NCBI GenBank assembly: GCA_030141605.1
Contig: JAQGDQ010000494.1
Location: 62,001-126,000 of the forward strand
Direction: 5' to 3'
DNA: 64,000 bases
DNA from: Tubiluchus corallicola
Lineage: Eukaryota > Animalia > Priapulida
Made by a program: the position numbers and the translations under genes. Each line of letters starts with the position of its first letter. Position 1 is the stretch's first letter. Positions 24,514-35,931 of the stretch are shown one piece after another. Under the pieces are notes generated by a model. The model was not told where the DNA came from and searched no databases. It was given only the letters and a program-made list of their open reading frames with translations.

Positions 24514-25198
24514 TTACTGTGACAAATATAATTATGCCGCTATCACAACCATTCTGCTAATTATGCAAAATTTAAAATCAAATGTAGGTAGGTAAATTAT
24601 ACTGCTGGCTCATGATTTTTCTTCTTTTTCAGACATTTTATTCTGCATCATTTTTGATAAATTTTGCTGGACATTCGACAAGCGCAAAGGAGAAACAACA
24701 GCAAAGTTTTCTGCTGCAAAAGACGTTTTTTATCTTCATCAATAAATTATTATTATTATAACTGTTTATTTTGAGCATACATGTATACATACATGCGCCC
24801 TCTATTTGCAAGACTATACACTTAACAGAATTTACGTATCTTTTTTACAACTTTCAGTATCTGTTTGCTTAACTAACATATCAATTACCTAAATTATTTA
24901 ATCCAGTTAGCTTAGTCACCAAAGAAAACTATTTGACAAAATATTAGCAAAATTAACTAGAATCAAATTATCACGACACAAGTTCACATGTAAATTGCAT
25001 CCTGGGCATATAATTCCTTTTTCAACTTTAACATCAAAATACTGTAATACTGTACACAACCATTCTAAAAATTACATAATATATATAAACTTTATTTATT
25101 TTAAGTGGATTAACATACAGTAATATTACTGATCGGAGTATTTCCACTGTGTAACAAATACATTTTAGTTGAGAACAGATACACATACAACTGGTTAA

Positions 25199-25687
25199 CA
25201 GTGGCGGCTCGTAGCTAAAATTAGTGGGGGTGCTGCTTCAGAAAATTTTCAGCCATTATTTTAATTCCGTGTAAGACGAAACAAACATGTGTAAATTTAA
25301 TGATTTTATAATTGCAATTTTAAGCGAGAAAAAACAGGCGAAAGTTTATATAAGCTTGACAAAATCTTAAACAAAAAGTATTATTTTTTGCTTGTTAATA
25401 GTCTAAATCGTCACAGTTCAAGCATGATTCATTTACGGTGAGCATGTGACAACTGACAACAAACTGTGTGAGCAACAGTACTTTATCTACCTGGGCTCAG
25501 ATATGCGCACAACAGCCAAACACCACACTGCTGAAGCGCACTGTCCTGGACTGTGAAGCAAGCAGTTTTACCCTCACGTGCTCTAGTTCCGTACAATTAT
25601 AAAGAAAGAACTAAAGAAAAAGACATCATTATATTGAATATTATCGAAAATAGGGGGTGCTGCAGTTCCACAGTACATATACACGAG
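25199..25687. mobile_element. hAT-type MITE with a damaged right end
   Basis: Starts CAGTGGCGGCTCGT, has gggggtgctgc subterminal motifs at both ends, and flanks ctggttaa / ctggttag. Confidence 0.5.
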
Positions 25688-26089
25688 CTGGTTAGTTCAA
25701 AAATGTAACTACATAGATGGTTAGTTCAAAAATACGCGCAATTCATTAGTTAATACAAAAAATTGAAATATGCAAAGTGCAGAAAGTACAGAGACAGTTA
25801 TCAATTCACATCATCCTATTAGATATACAAAAGTATAATTGCTCGATAACTGGCGTTTAATTCAACAGGTCCAAAATTCAAAATAATTCAAGATACAATT
25901 CAATATACAATTACACGTACAATCAATTCGCAAAACGCTTAGTAGACTTAATCACATAATAACGTTACGAACTTTGTTTCTCTTTTTATTCTGCTGAAGC
26001 CATTTACGATACGCTGGTTTCCCTAACTCCCACGTATAACTGTAGATATCCTCTTCCTGCTCTGTGCTCTATGCAAAATATTGCACAGG

Positions 26090-26714
26090 GTTAAATACTC
26101 CGCTAGCAATGATTCCTTGATAATATTTCCGTTAATAATGGTTTCTATGTTTACACTATTAATTTATCCTTTCATAAAATCAGATACTTTTAGCAGTACT
26201 ATTACTATTACTATAATCCCTAGTGAACCGCTTGAATATTTTTAGTTAAACCTAGTTGCGTTTCTGATGTCATTGCTAACGATTTTACAAAGATACTGAT
26301 ACGTTTAGTGATGTAAGACGTCTTATAAATTTTACGACTCTCGAACAGAAACATGCCACAACGGAGAGCTTAAATCAGTAATCATTGATATTAAATTACT
26401 GTGTGGGCCAGGGTAAAGAAAAAAATCCTAATCCCAGCATTCCAAGCGGTATTTAACCGTTTTAGACTCTTTGTATCTAATCACAAGCGGCAGCTGACCA
26501 AGTGACCAATAGGTCATTCACTGTTCTTTCTCAGTTGCAATGAAATGTAAAAATAATTATGCCGAATTTTAACTGCTATTGAGAAAATAAAATTGAATTG
26601 AATTGAATTAATTGCCAAGATTGGCAGCCATAATAAGCAGAGTGATAGGTTTTTAATATTTTACCTTTAACCAGCACATTTATGGAATTGAAACTCGTAA
26701 TAATTCTGTTCAAC
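26090..26714. repeat. Duplicated block, copy 2
   Basis: See 20830-21452. Confidence 0.9.
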
Positions 26715-26723
26715 TAACTTAGA

Positions 26724-27575
26724 CCCCGAGATGTTCGCTAGTAGGCCTCAATTGTGAACTGGAACAAATAAATTTTGTGATGTTCGCTTTTAGGTTTCAA
26801 TTGTGAATTGGAACAAATAAATTTTGTGATGTTCGCTTTTAGGCCAGGATAGTGAACTGGTGCAAATAAACCCTGTGATGTTCGGTTTAGGCATCAATTG
26901 TGAACTGTTACAAATAAACCCTTTCAGGCCTCGATTGTGAACTGGTACAAATAAATCCTTTCAGGCCTCAATTGTGAACTGGTACAAATAGAACCTGTGA
27001 TGTTCGGTTTAGGCCTCAATTGTGAACTGGTACAAATAAACCCTTTCAGGCCTCGATTGTGAACTGGTACAAATAAACCCTTTCAGGCCTCAATTGTGAA
27101 CTGGTACCAATAGACCCTGTGATGTTCGGTTTAGGCCTCAATTGTGAACTGGTACAAATAAACCCTGTGATGTTCGGTTTAGGCCTCAATTGTGAACTGG
27201 TACAAATAAACCCTTTCAGGCCTCGATTGTGAGCTGGTAATAAACCTTTTCAGGCCTTAATTATGAACTGGTACAAATAGACCCTGTGATGTTCGGTTTA
27301 GGCCTCAAATGTGAACTGGTACAAATAAACCCTTTCAGGCCTCGATTGTGAACTGGTACAAATAAACCCTGTGATGCTCACTTTCAGGCCTCAGTTGTGA
27401 ACTGGAACAAATAAACCATGTGATGCTCACTTTCAGGCCTCAGTTGTGAACTGGAACAAATAAACCCTGTGATGCTCACTTTCAGGCCTCAGTTGTGAAC
27501 TGGAACAAATAAACCATGTGATGCTCACTTTCAGGCCTCAGTTGTGAACTGGAACAAATAAACCATGTGATGCTC
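26724..27575. repeat. Minisatellite with 37-48 bp unit variants, ~20 copies
   Basis: Core aggcctcaattgtgaactggtacaaataaaccc(tgtgatgttcggttt / tttc). A single unit with the same leading ccccgag.tgttcg lies at 23538-23603. Confidence 0.93.
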
Positions 27576-27805
27576 CACAAGATCAAGTATCACAATGATG
27601 AAGATAAATCCAGCAATAAAAAAATATGATTTTACGTTTGAGCACAGTGTGTTTTTTAGTTGTGTGCTTTTAGTGATCTGTTGTTCATTGTTAATTATCT
27701 ATTTTTTGTCCGAAGATAATCCACAGAGACAGACCAAAAGATCGGATCTTTATTTTCTTTACGGAGCATTAAGACTAGCTAGATTTTTCTACAAGTAACT
27801 CGCAA

Positions 27806-28050
27806 GCGTATTCAGACCAGAGAGCAAAACTTACTGCGAAGTACTCTCTGATAGTAAGCACGAGCAGACACTCATTTCTCCATTCATTGCAAAAAGTGTC
27901 GAGAGTAACACGCCAAGGCGTTCACACTGAACAGTAAATCAACTCGCAGCACCCGTCAGAGAGTTTGCAATAACTTGCCAACAGTAACTTGCAAGCAGTT
28001 CACACTTGCAAAATTTGATGTTCGAGGGAAAACTCGCTAGTCCGAACGCG
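27806..28050. mobile_element. Possible PIF/Harbinger-like MITE
   Basis: Imperfect TIRs gcgtattcagaccagagag / ctcgctagtccgaacgc and internal gcgttcacact repeats. Confidence 0.4.
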
Positions 28051-28320
28051 AGTAGGGATTTTTTAATCGTAGAAATAAATAGTTACTGTTTAATTTATGA
28101 AGAAAATTAGGTATGTAAACTAACAATAATTTCAGGTTACTCTTCCGGTTTTGTTTAGGTTGCAGTCTAGTACACTGAACTATTATTAAAGGGCTATTTT
28201 TTGAAAAAACAGAATCGAGAAGACAGGAAAATTATATAAATGAATGAGTAGGGACTCATTTTTAGCAAGTTCTTTATAAAGCCATATTTTGACTTACGTT
28301 AAAGAAAATGAGAATGACTC

Positions 28321-28409
28321 AGAGAGAGAGAGAGAGGAGGGGGAGAGAAGAGGCGAGAGATGGAGAGAGGAGAGAGAGAGAGAAAGAGAGGGAGAGAAGA
28401 GAGAGGGAG

Positions 28410-28448
<39 letters not shown>

Positions 28449-28496
28449 GGAGAGAAGAGAGAGAGAGAGAGAAAGAGAGGGAGAGAGAGAGAGAAG
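28321..28496. repeat. GA-rich microsatellite
   Basis: Direct reading. Confidence 0.95.
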
Positions 28497-29010
28497 ACAT
28501 ATTCTAATTTCAACATTTCTTACGCAGGGGTGTCGTGCACCAAAAAAATTAGGGGGTGGGCGACTGTATATAATGGCGGAACTTAACTGTTTAAAAAACG
28601 TATAATTATAAATTCCAGTATTTTGCGTGCAAGAAAAACGATTTATTTTTTCCCAACTGGCATTTAACTTAAAGCTATAGCTACAGAAATTTAATTAAAA
28701 TTAAAAGAATATTTTAAATTAAAATTTAATTAAGTATTTATTAGCTGTCAGGAATGCAAAGATTCGATGAAAAGACGAATACCAAAACATATGTACCTTC
28801 AATTTAATATTTTTAACAATTACTAAACTTTTTATTCCGAGGCAAGATGAAGATATCGAACAAACAACAAACATAACATGAATACGTTACAGGATGACTA
28901 TAGGGGTATAGTAGAAAAGCAATGACAGATATTACAGTTTACACCAAGATAAAGCAGAGGTTAAAGCGTAAAAAGCGATATTTGTACTAACGACGCAGAA
29001 CATCACTCCA

Positions 29011-29585
29011 TATATACCATAGATGCTAATAAAGAAAGGGTGAAGGTCATAAAAAAGTCTGAATGGAAGAAAGAAATAAAGAATAAGATTGAACGTTGTA
29101 TAAAGAGCGAATGTGCAGAAAAATGCAGGAGCAGCACTAAATTAAGATTTTTAAGGCATACCGAGTGGAAACGACAAAATTACATAGACACATGCAAGCC
29201 AGAAGAGGTTAAAGATATATTGAAAATAAGACTGAATATGATTAAAGTTAAGGGGAACTACAAGAATGAGTTTAAGGATCAGTTATTATGCCCAGTGTGT
29301 GAGGAAGATGATGACACTACTGAACATATGCTTAGATGTTACAGATAGGGAGAATGGAAAAAAATTTTGAACTCAGAAGTATTAATGAACAGTGAAAAGG
29401 AAGGATTGCTAGAAATTAGAAATCTAGTGAACGAATGTATGGAATACAGGATAAAGACAAATAAAGACATTAAATTTGGAAAAGACAAATAAAAGATCAG
29501 CGTTAAAGAAGAAGAGACTTTGCACCCTATAAAGGTGCCCGCCTCGGATAGGTGGAGAGAGTCGAGTATCGCAATCGCAATCGCA
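29011..29585 (+). mobile_element. 5'-truncated LINE (RTE-X-like) with C-terminal zinc knuckle
   Basis: KIRLNMIKVKGNYK...CPVCEEDDDTTEHMLRC; (TCGCAA)3 tail; ACTCCA duplicated at 29005-29010 and 29586-29591. Confidence 0.75.
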
Positions 29586-29842
29586 ACTCCAGAAGAGCTC
29601 AACCACAGACTTCAAGTCCATATTCTTTGTTTTCTCAGCCTCAACTGCAAGGATCATCAGGTCACTCAGTCGTGACTGACTCATTGTATTGCGGAGAGCA
29701 TTCTTGACAAATTTAAGAGCAGAAAAGGATCTCTCACAAGAGCAAGACGTAACGAGCAGACTCAGAATCAACTGGTATGCGATGGAGATCATTGGGCAAA
29801 GTTTGTCCAGTCCAGAAGAAGTCATATAACAGTATACTGAGT

Positions 29843-30833
29843 CAGTGGCGTCGTGCCATAGGGGCCCGGGGGGGGGGGGGGGGGGGGGGGGGGCGGTCCC
29901 CCCAATTTTTTTAGAAAATGTCAAAGAGAGAAACATGAGAACTCGACGGCAAACGGTAATCAAATTTATTTCCGACTTTTTGACACACAATAGCGGGCCA
30001 GCGCTCTATAAATGCGAACAGTATGAGCGTTTTGGTACAGTAGCCCAATAATATTTAATATTTTTTATCATTAAAGTTTGTCGCCGAGTTAAATTATTCT
30101 GACTGTTAATACGTGCCTGACCAGATGTGTTTACCTGAAAGTCAGGATGTAGTTAAGCACTCAGGCTCAGTTAGCACTCGAGCTTCGTTCAGCAGTGAAA
30201 TAATAGAGCAAAAACAATGCAAACATTGAAATCATGTTGAGCTAGCCTAGTACCAGAGAGTCAGTTTGTGCAGCTAGCCTAGTACCAGAGAGTCGGTTTG
30301 GGAGATACAAATTGATGAGCCACCTCCTGATTGGACATTACCGACTCTTTGCTACTCCTTAGCGACTCTTTCCCATGAGTTTGCTGCATAAAAGGGCGTG
30401 ATTTTGAGCACATTTCATCATTTTTCTCCTGCTAGGAGAATCTCTGCTAGTTTTCGCTGCGATTTTAGCTGTTTATTTTCTCATTTATTGCACTGTTGTT
30501 TCATCTTGTTGACAAACAGGAATTTTCACGTGATTCTATATTTCTTAAACGATGTCAAGGCAGTCCAATCTGACCATTTTCCAAGTCCAACCGTGTTCCT
30601 GACCCAGGTTCTACGGCTAATAAATACTTAATTAAATTTCAATTTAATTTTAATTAAGTTTCCGTTGCTATAGCTTTAAGTTAAATGCCAGTTGGGAATA
30701 AATAAATCGTTTTTCTTGCACGCAAAATACTGTATGGGAATTCAAAATTATGCGTTTTTTAAACAGTTAAGTTTCGCCATTATATGCAGTCGCCCCCCCT
30801 CCACCAATTTTCTTTTGGTGCACGACTCCCTTG
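29843..30833 (+). mobile_element. Non-autonomous hAT element of the same family as its host, inserted in opposite orientation
   Basis: TIRs CAGTGGCGTCGTGC / GCACGACTCCCTTG; perfect 8-bp TSD TACTGAGT (29835-29842, 30834-30841); subterminal regions match the host ends. Confidence 0.88.
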
Positions 30834-31960
30834 TACTGAGTGAATGCAGTTTGTGTCGACATGTTCAGGAGCAGAGTCTGCAGCGACATCATGAGTGAAC
30901 AAGCGGTACTCCAACTCGAGGGTTTCTTCATCGAGATCAGCCATGTAGAAGGTGCAAAGAGTCTTGACTTTCTCCATCTTGACATTAGATTCAATCAATA
31001 ATCATACCTATGTGTATATATAATCGCATATCATGCTTCAGTGGGAGAATTCACCGTTCCTCAAAATTTTACACCTTATTGGTCTCATTACAAGCCGCCG
31101 AAACCCTTAAAATTTTTGACATTTTCTAAACAACTGGGGGCCCCAGCACCCCCCCCCACCGGGCCCCCATAGCACGACGCCACTGTTCTTACACGATTAC
31201 CCAATTTACGATTAGTATACGTAAAGGTTAGTTTTATGGAGACCCGACACAATAATATTATCGTCAACATTTGCACGGAAATTTCTAAAATTGCCCTGTT
31301 AACTGCGAGGATCAAGGATGCCACCCACGCCTTCAATGATACACGGAATCACGGCATTGTCAACAAGTTCACGAAGGTTACTCCCCGAGTTTGAAGTGCA
31401 CAGGTAAAAACACGAAATGAATTTCACACACTCAACGTTTATGGCTTTACGCTATGGACCAGGATTGGCTTTTGTTTGCCGGGGGAAACCTGAATACTTC
31501 CTCATTGTTTACTCACATTGTGACGTCAGTGATCTTCTTAAAGACCTATCGTCTAAAAGGGGTAAATCAATAAGATTTTATTAAGCAAAATAGGAACCGA
31601 AACTGAAACATTTATGACTTACTAAATCCGGGAGCGCATTTGTATGCTTTAGTAAAGTCATTTATTTGCTGTAGTTTTGACTCACTGTTTAAACGTATAA
31701 ACTGTTTAAACTCACATAGGCAGGTCTTATCTTGAGTTAAGTGACAAACTCCACCGAGATACAATTTCGATACGCTAAGACCTAGTTATAACCGTTCCCC
31801 GTAAGCTCGTCCTTTTTGCATATAAAGCCACGCTGCGTGCCACGCTTGCCATTCTCCGCTTCCGCTTTTTTGTATTTTAAAAGAAATCTTTCATTAAATG
31901 TCATTTTTATTGTTGCCTGCTGAGAAAATGAATTGCATGTACAGGATCGTAAGTGTACTC

Positions 31961-32053
31961 ATGCCAACTGCTGAGTGCTGTGCTTCCAAAACAGGGCCGG
32001 GATCGCCTGATCGCTTGAAATTTGCGTGTAATGGAGGTGTTGGTTTCAATGAG
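31961..32053 (+). CDS. Candidate upstream coding exon of the Bcl-2-family gene
   Basis: tacAG acceptor at 31944, ATG at 31961 (MPTAECCASKTGPGSPDRLKFACNGGVGFNE), and a phase-0 GAG|GTAGGT donor. This is compatible with the open phase-0 start of the 35890 exon. A possible non-coding exon ends at 31403 (CAG|GTAAAA). Confidence 0.42.
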
Positions 32054-32480
32054 GTAGGTACATTTCGGCTCAAAGGTCATCTATATATTAATTCTACTGG
32101 TATATATATATATATAAGATTCGAGGCTACAGCTCCGACGACGGCACCATTTGCGGCGATCTATACATCAAAGAAAAGGTCTCGATCTAGTGTCGTGCCA
32201 TTGAGGTTTGTTTTTCGAATCGGGCCCACCGGGACGAACGAGGGGCGAAAAACCTCCAAAAATGGCCATATTGTGAAATAATGCAAGAGTTATTGTCATT
32301 GATTGGTTCAGGACGTCTATTTACAGCGTAATCATTATGATCCAGTAATTTGGCTGCTTTTAATTTCGGTGATTTTATAATAATTATCTTCCTTTATCAT
32401 AAACTTATTGCCTATGTAGGAAGAAGCTAATGTCAAGGCGTCTTATATCATGTAGTGCTCTCGAGAGCTGAGCAGTGAGA

Positions 32481-33095
32481 CAGGGGCGGAACTAGATATG
32501 GCAAGCAGGGGGTGGAGGGGGGGGCGCAAAAATTTTCTGGGAGGGCGAGGTATCCGAAGTGGTTAAATAATGGTTGAGCCAATTTTTAACCCCTTTTATA
32601 CTGCATGCAGGCCTATAATTAGCGTGTGTAGGACAGAGCAATGATGAGAAAATTAACTCTCAGTTAACCTAACGTTATCCATGTGCCTCTAACTAAATTG
32701 TTATTTACAGCAATTGATCACACACAAGTTTTAAGAAAATAATACGCAGGAAATAATGTCAAAATGAAATGTGAAAAGATCCTAAAGGACAAAAAAGTCT
32801 AAAGTTTTCAAAAAAATCTCAAATTTCAGCAAGGTACCCCTGCTACACCAACATCCTATAGCTGTGCACACAGACCTGTTGGCCTGTGACTGTGTGTGGT
32901 CCCTGTAGGCCTATACTGTGATAGGCACCTCTAAGCACACTGAGTTTTGCTTGCACGCACACTGAAGCTACCAAACATTTTTTGACCTAATTCTAATTCA
33001 TATTGAAAATGATTACATGCGAACTGCAATTTTCACTGCAAAAAAATTATTTGTCCGATTTTGCAGGGGGGGGCGCCCCCCCCCCTCGCTCCCTG
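32481..33095. mobile_element. hAT-type MITE
   Basis: CAGGGGCG ... CGCTCCCTG with a perfect 8-bp TSD CAGTGAGA (32473-32480, 33096-33103). Confidence 0.8.
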
Positions 33096-33874
33096 CAGTG
33101 AGAACTGTTCTAAAAAGATGAAACCAGACAGTATTGGTGGGCATATCAAATAAAATACTCTTATTGCTTTAACTAGCTGAGACAGTAATGATTACGATAA
33201 TATAAGGAAAACAGAATTTGAAGTACATATTTAGACAATTACGGTAGCAATGAAAACATTAATTTGCTAAATTTGCCAGATAATAATACATATTTGTATT
33301 TCGTAAAGCAACGTTTGATTAACAGAATTTGGAAACAAATCAGTGCAGCAAATAAAACTTACTGCAGCTAACATTAGTGCTCTTAGTGGCCTTGCCATCC
33401 TGACTTGCTTTCCAGATCCATAATAAAATGTGCAAAAACAAAAATGAAAAGTGCCCACCTGGTTTCTGATTTCACCGACTGCCATTTAATCTTTGATTCT
33501 CGCATTGAACACTTTCATGCAAAATTATGTCGAACCAACAGCTGATGAGCCTAACGTTTTGTCACCCTAAGTAAAGTGAAAGGCTCAATAACCAAAATAA
33601 ACCAATAACACTAAGGTCAGTAGCATAAAAACAACAAACAAAATATGTGTGATGAACAACAACAAACCACGGAGGATTCTTGATAATTCTGTCTACGTGA
33701 TAATTTTTTATTTATTGTTTTTCAAAAATCTTTTAAAATAACACATAATATAATATATAAACTGCAGATTTATACATATATAATATATATTTTTATGTAC
33801 ATATATATATAGAATGGGTATATTCATATATATATATATATATATTGTATGCAAAAATGTATGGCACAAGATAC

Positions 33875-33984
<110 letters not shown>

Positions 33985-34000
33985 ATAATTTTTTATAATA

Positions 34001-34500
34001 CAGTCAACCTTGGATATTAGGGACACCTCGAGACCAGAAAAAACTGTCCCTTATATCAGATGTCGCTTATAGCCTAAGTTGAGTCAGACCGATGGTGTAT
34101 CTAGATCTGGAATTTTGTGTACTTTTCCCCATAATTTTATGGATTATTGCTACACATTCAGTGCACATGGTATGTTGGAAGCTCCTTCAGTGATGCGAGA
34201 TGTATGTGACCGCGGAAACCGAGCTGTTCGAAGGCCGAGTTTGCGAAAAATTGAGGTTAAAAATCGATCAATTTCTCTTTGACCATAGGATCCCTTATAT
34301 GCGAGGTAATTTACCTGGGTTTCTATTGCGTGGGACCTGAAGATATCGTCCCTTATAACCGAAAGTCCCTTATATCCGAGTACCTTATATACGAAGATTT
34401 TTACATAGGAAAAACGTTACGAAAAATCGGGACCGGTGCTGGTGGTCCCTTATAAGCGAGTGTCCCTTATAAGCGAGTACCTTATACCCGAGGTTAACTG
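34001..34500. mobile_element. Tc1/mariner-pogo-type MITE
   Basis: ta|CAGTCAACCTTGGATATTAGG ... CCTTATACCCGAGGTTAACTG|ta; internal gtcccttata repeats. Confidence 0.85.
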
Positions 34501-34992
34501 TATGTGTACAATCAGTCAAAGGACTGGGGTGAGTTGAAACTGCTACTCGAATCTTGTTATTGTGCTTCTTGTAAATCTAATTCATCAATTTTGCACGACT
34601 GGTTCAGTTATGTATGATTAGGTGTGGGTGATAGTACAGTTCTGTTAATCAACAGATAACATGGGGTGAGCATTGAACCGTCAAAGTAATTTGTAAATGT
34701 GTTATGTGAAATACGAGTTTAAATAATACTGTAAGGTATTGTATTGTATTGTACTCTCTTGGTACCTTTTGCGTTTAATGAGTCATCACTCATCAGGCAA
34801 AACTTACAACAAGTGCAATAGACAATAATTGAACATGCAATTTAAAACTTGCAAAATGACAAGAAATCTCTAATATATCACAAAAATAGTGGATTTATTA
34901 GATTGCTACATGTGCCAAAGTACTTTTATGTTATCCCTGGCGATAGCTGCACAAATTAATCGTTGTAGTCGTAGTGGTAAATTAGTGTCCAT

Positions 34993-35381
34993 TAGGGGTG
35001 AGCATTCTCTACCAGAAAGCGAACTCGAATTGAATCGAATTTACAACTTTTGAATTCAAATCGAACAGAATTTCAGTATTTCGAATTTGAATCGAATTCA
35101 AATTGAGATTGAACAATTTTCGAATAAGTTTTCGAACCAGTAGTAAAAAGTGGTCTTACAGACATCATGCATTATTACTTGATTTTGTTCTTCTTTAAAA
35201 CCACCATTGGTTTGTTAAAAATTGTGCACAGAAATTGCAGCTAAATTGTGCAAATTGCATGCTGTTTCAAGCAGTTTAATGATAAAGGACGTATGTGGCT
35301 GAAGGGCTGTATTATTTGAACCTATAATTTAAGCTAAACAAACTAGTTCGAATCGAACTCGAATGTTTGATGCTCACCCCT
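34993..35381 (+). mobile_element. hAT-type MITE family C
   Basis: TAGGGGTGAGCAT ... ATGCTCACCCCT with a perfect 8-bp TSD GTGTCCAT; TTCGAA-rich subterminal repeats. Confidence 0.85.
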
Positions 35382-35931
35382 GTGTCCATGCCCACACACA
35401 CTTCGATCACTATTGTAGAACTAAACTCAGTTGTTTGTGCTCATTGTTATTTTAATTAGTGATTTGAAGCTTATTCACATTTCACATGCCGTTGACACTA
35501 AATTCAAACTCAAGACGAATCATTCGAAATCATAAAATTCGATGCGCTTCGACTCATTTGTGTCCAAAAGCAAAAAATTTGATTTGATTTGAATTCTGGT
35601 AGCATTAAGTTTTAGTTCAGTTATGTTCACTCCTGATAATATTTTTACGCACATTGCGCGTGGGGAATGGTCGTGCCAGAACGAAGAATTCAACATCAAC
35701 TTGAACGCTTACTTGACACTTGGTGTTCCAGAAAATATTGCGTTTATTGTGTAATTTGTTTATTTAAAGAAAATAAACACAATCGTGCTCAATTCGGGCG
35801 TATTGACATTATATTATGTAGTGGGCAAGGCAGAATTACATTTGGAAATGAGTTTAGAATAAACAGTTTTTACTGTATATATTTTACAGGCTTGCAATGC
35901 GTTGCAAGGCAAAGCTACAGTAAACGGCAAA

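Larger units (their letters stand above)
28987..31000 (-). pseudogene. Interrupted hAT transposase C-terminal dimerisation domain
   Basis: After removing the two insertions the frame reads ...DEETLELEYRLFTHDVAADSAPEHVDTNCIHSVYCYMTSSGLDKLCPMISIAYQLILSLLVTSCSCERSFSALKFVKNALRNTMSQSRLSDLMILAVE...SVVELFWSDVLRR*. Confidence 0.85.
28525..31185 (-). mobile_element. Internally deleted hAT DNA transposon carrying the transposase C-terminus (host of two nested insertions)
   Basis: TIRs CAGGGGTGTCGTGC / GCACGACGCCACTG; 8-bp TSD ttcttacg (28517-28524) / ttcttaca (31186-31193). Confidence 0.85.

Noticed and set aside
28289-28605. ERER/SLSL ORFs (also 33708-34020 and 61941-62360)
   Set aside because: Dinucleotide microsatellite translations.
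29424-29990. 188-aa minus-strand ORF as a host gene
   Set aside because: A chimera of MITE terminus, hAT transposase fragment and antisense LINE tail.
31481-31490. NF-kB site near the Bcl-2-like 5' region
   Set aside because: GGGGGAAACC deviates from the GGGRNWYYCC consensus; a single short match is not distinguishable from chance.
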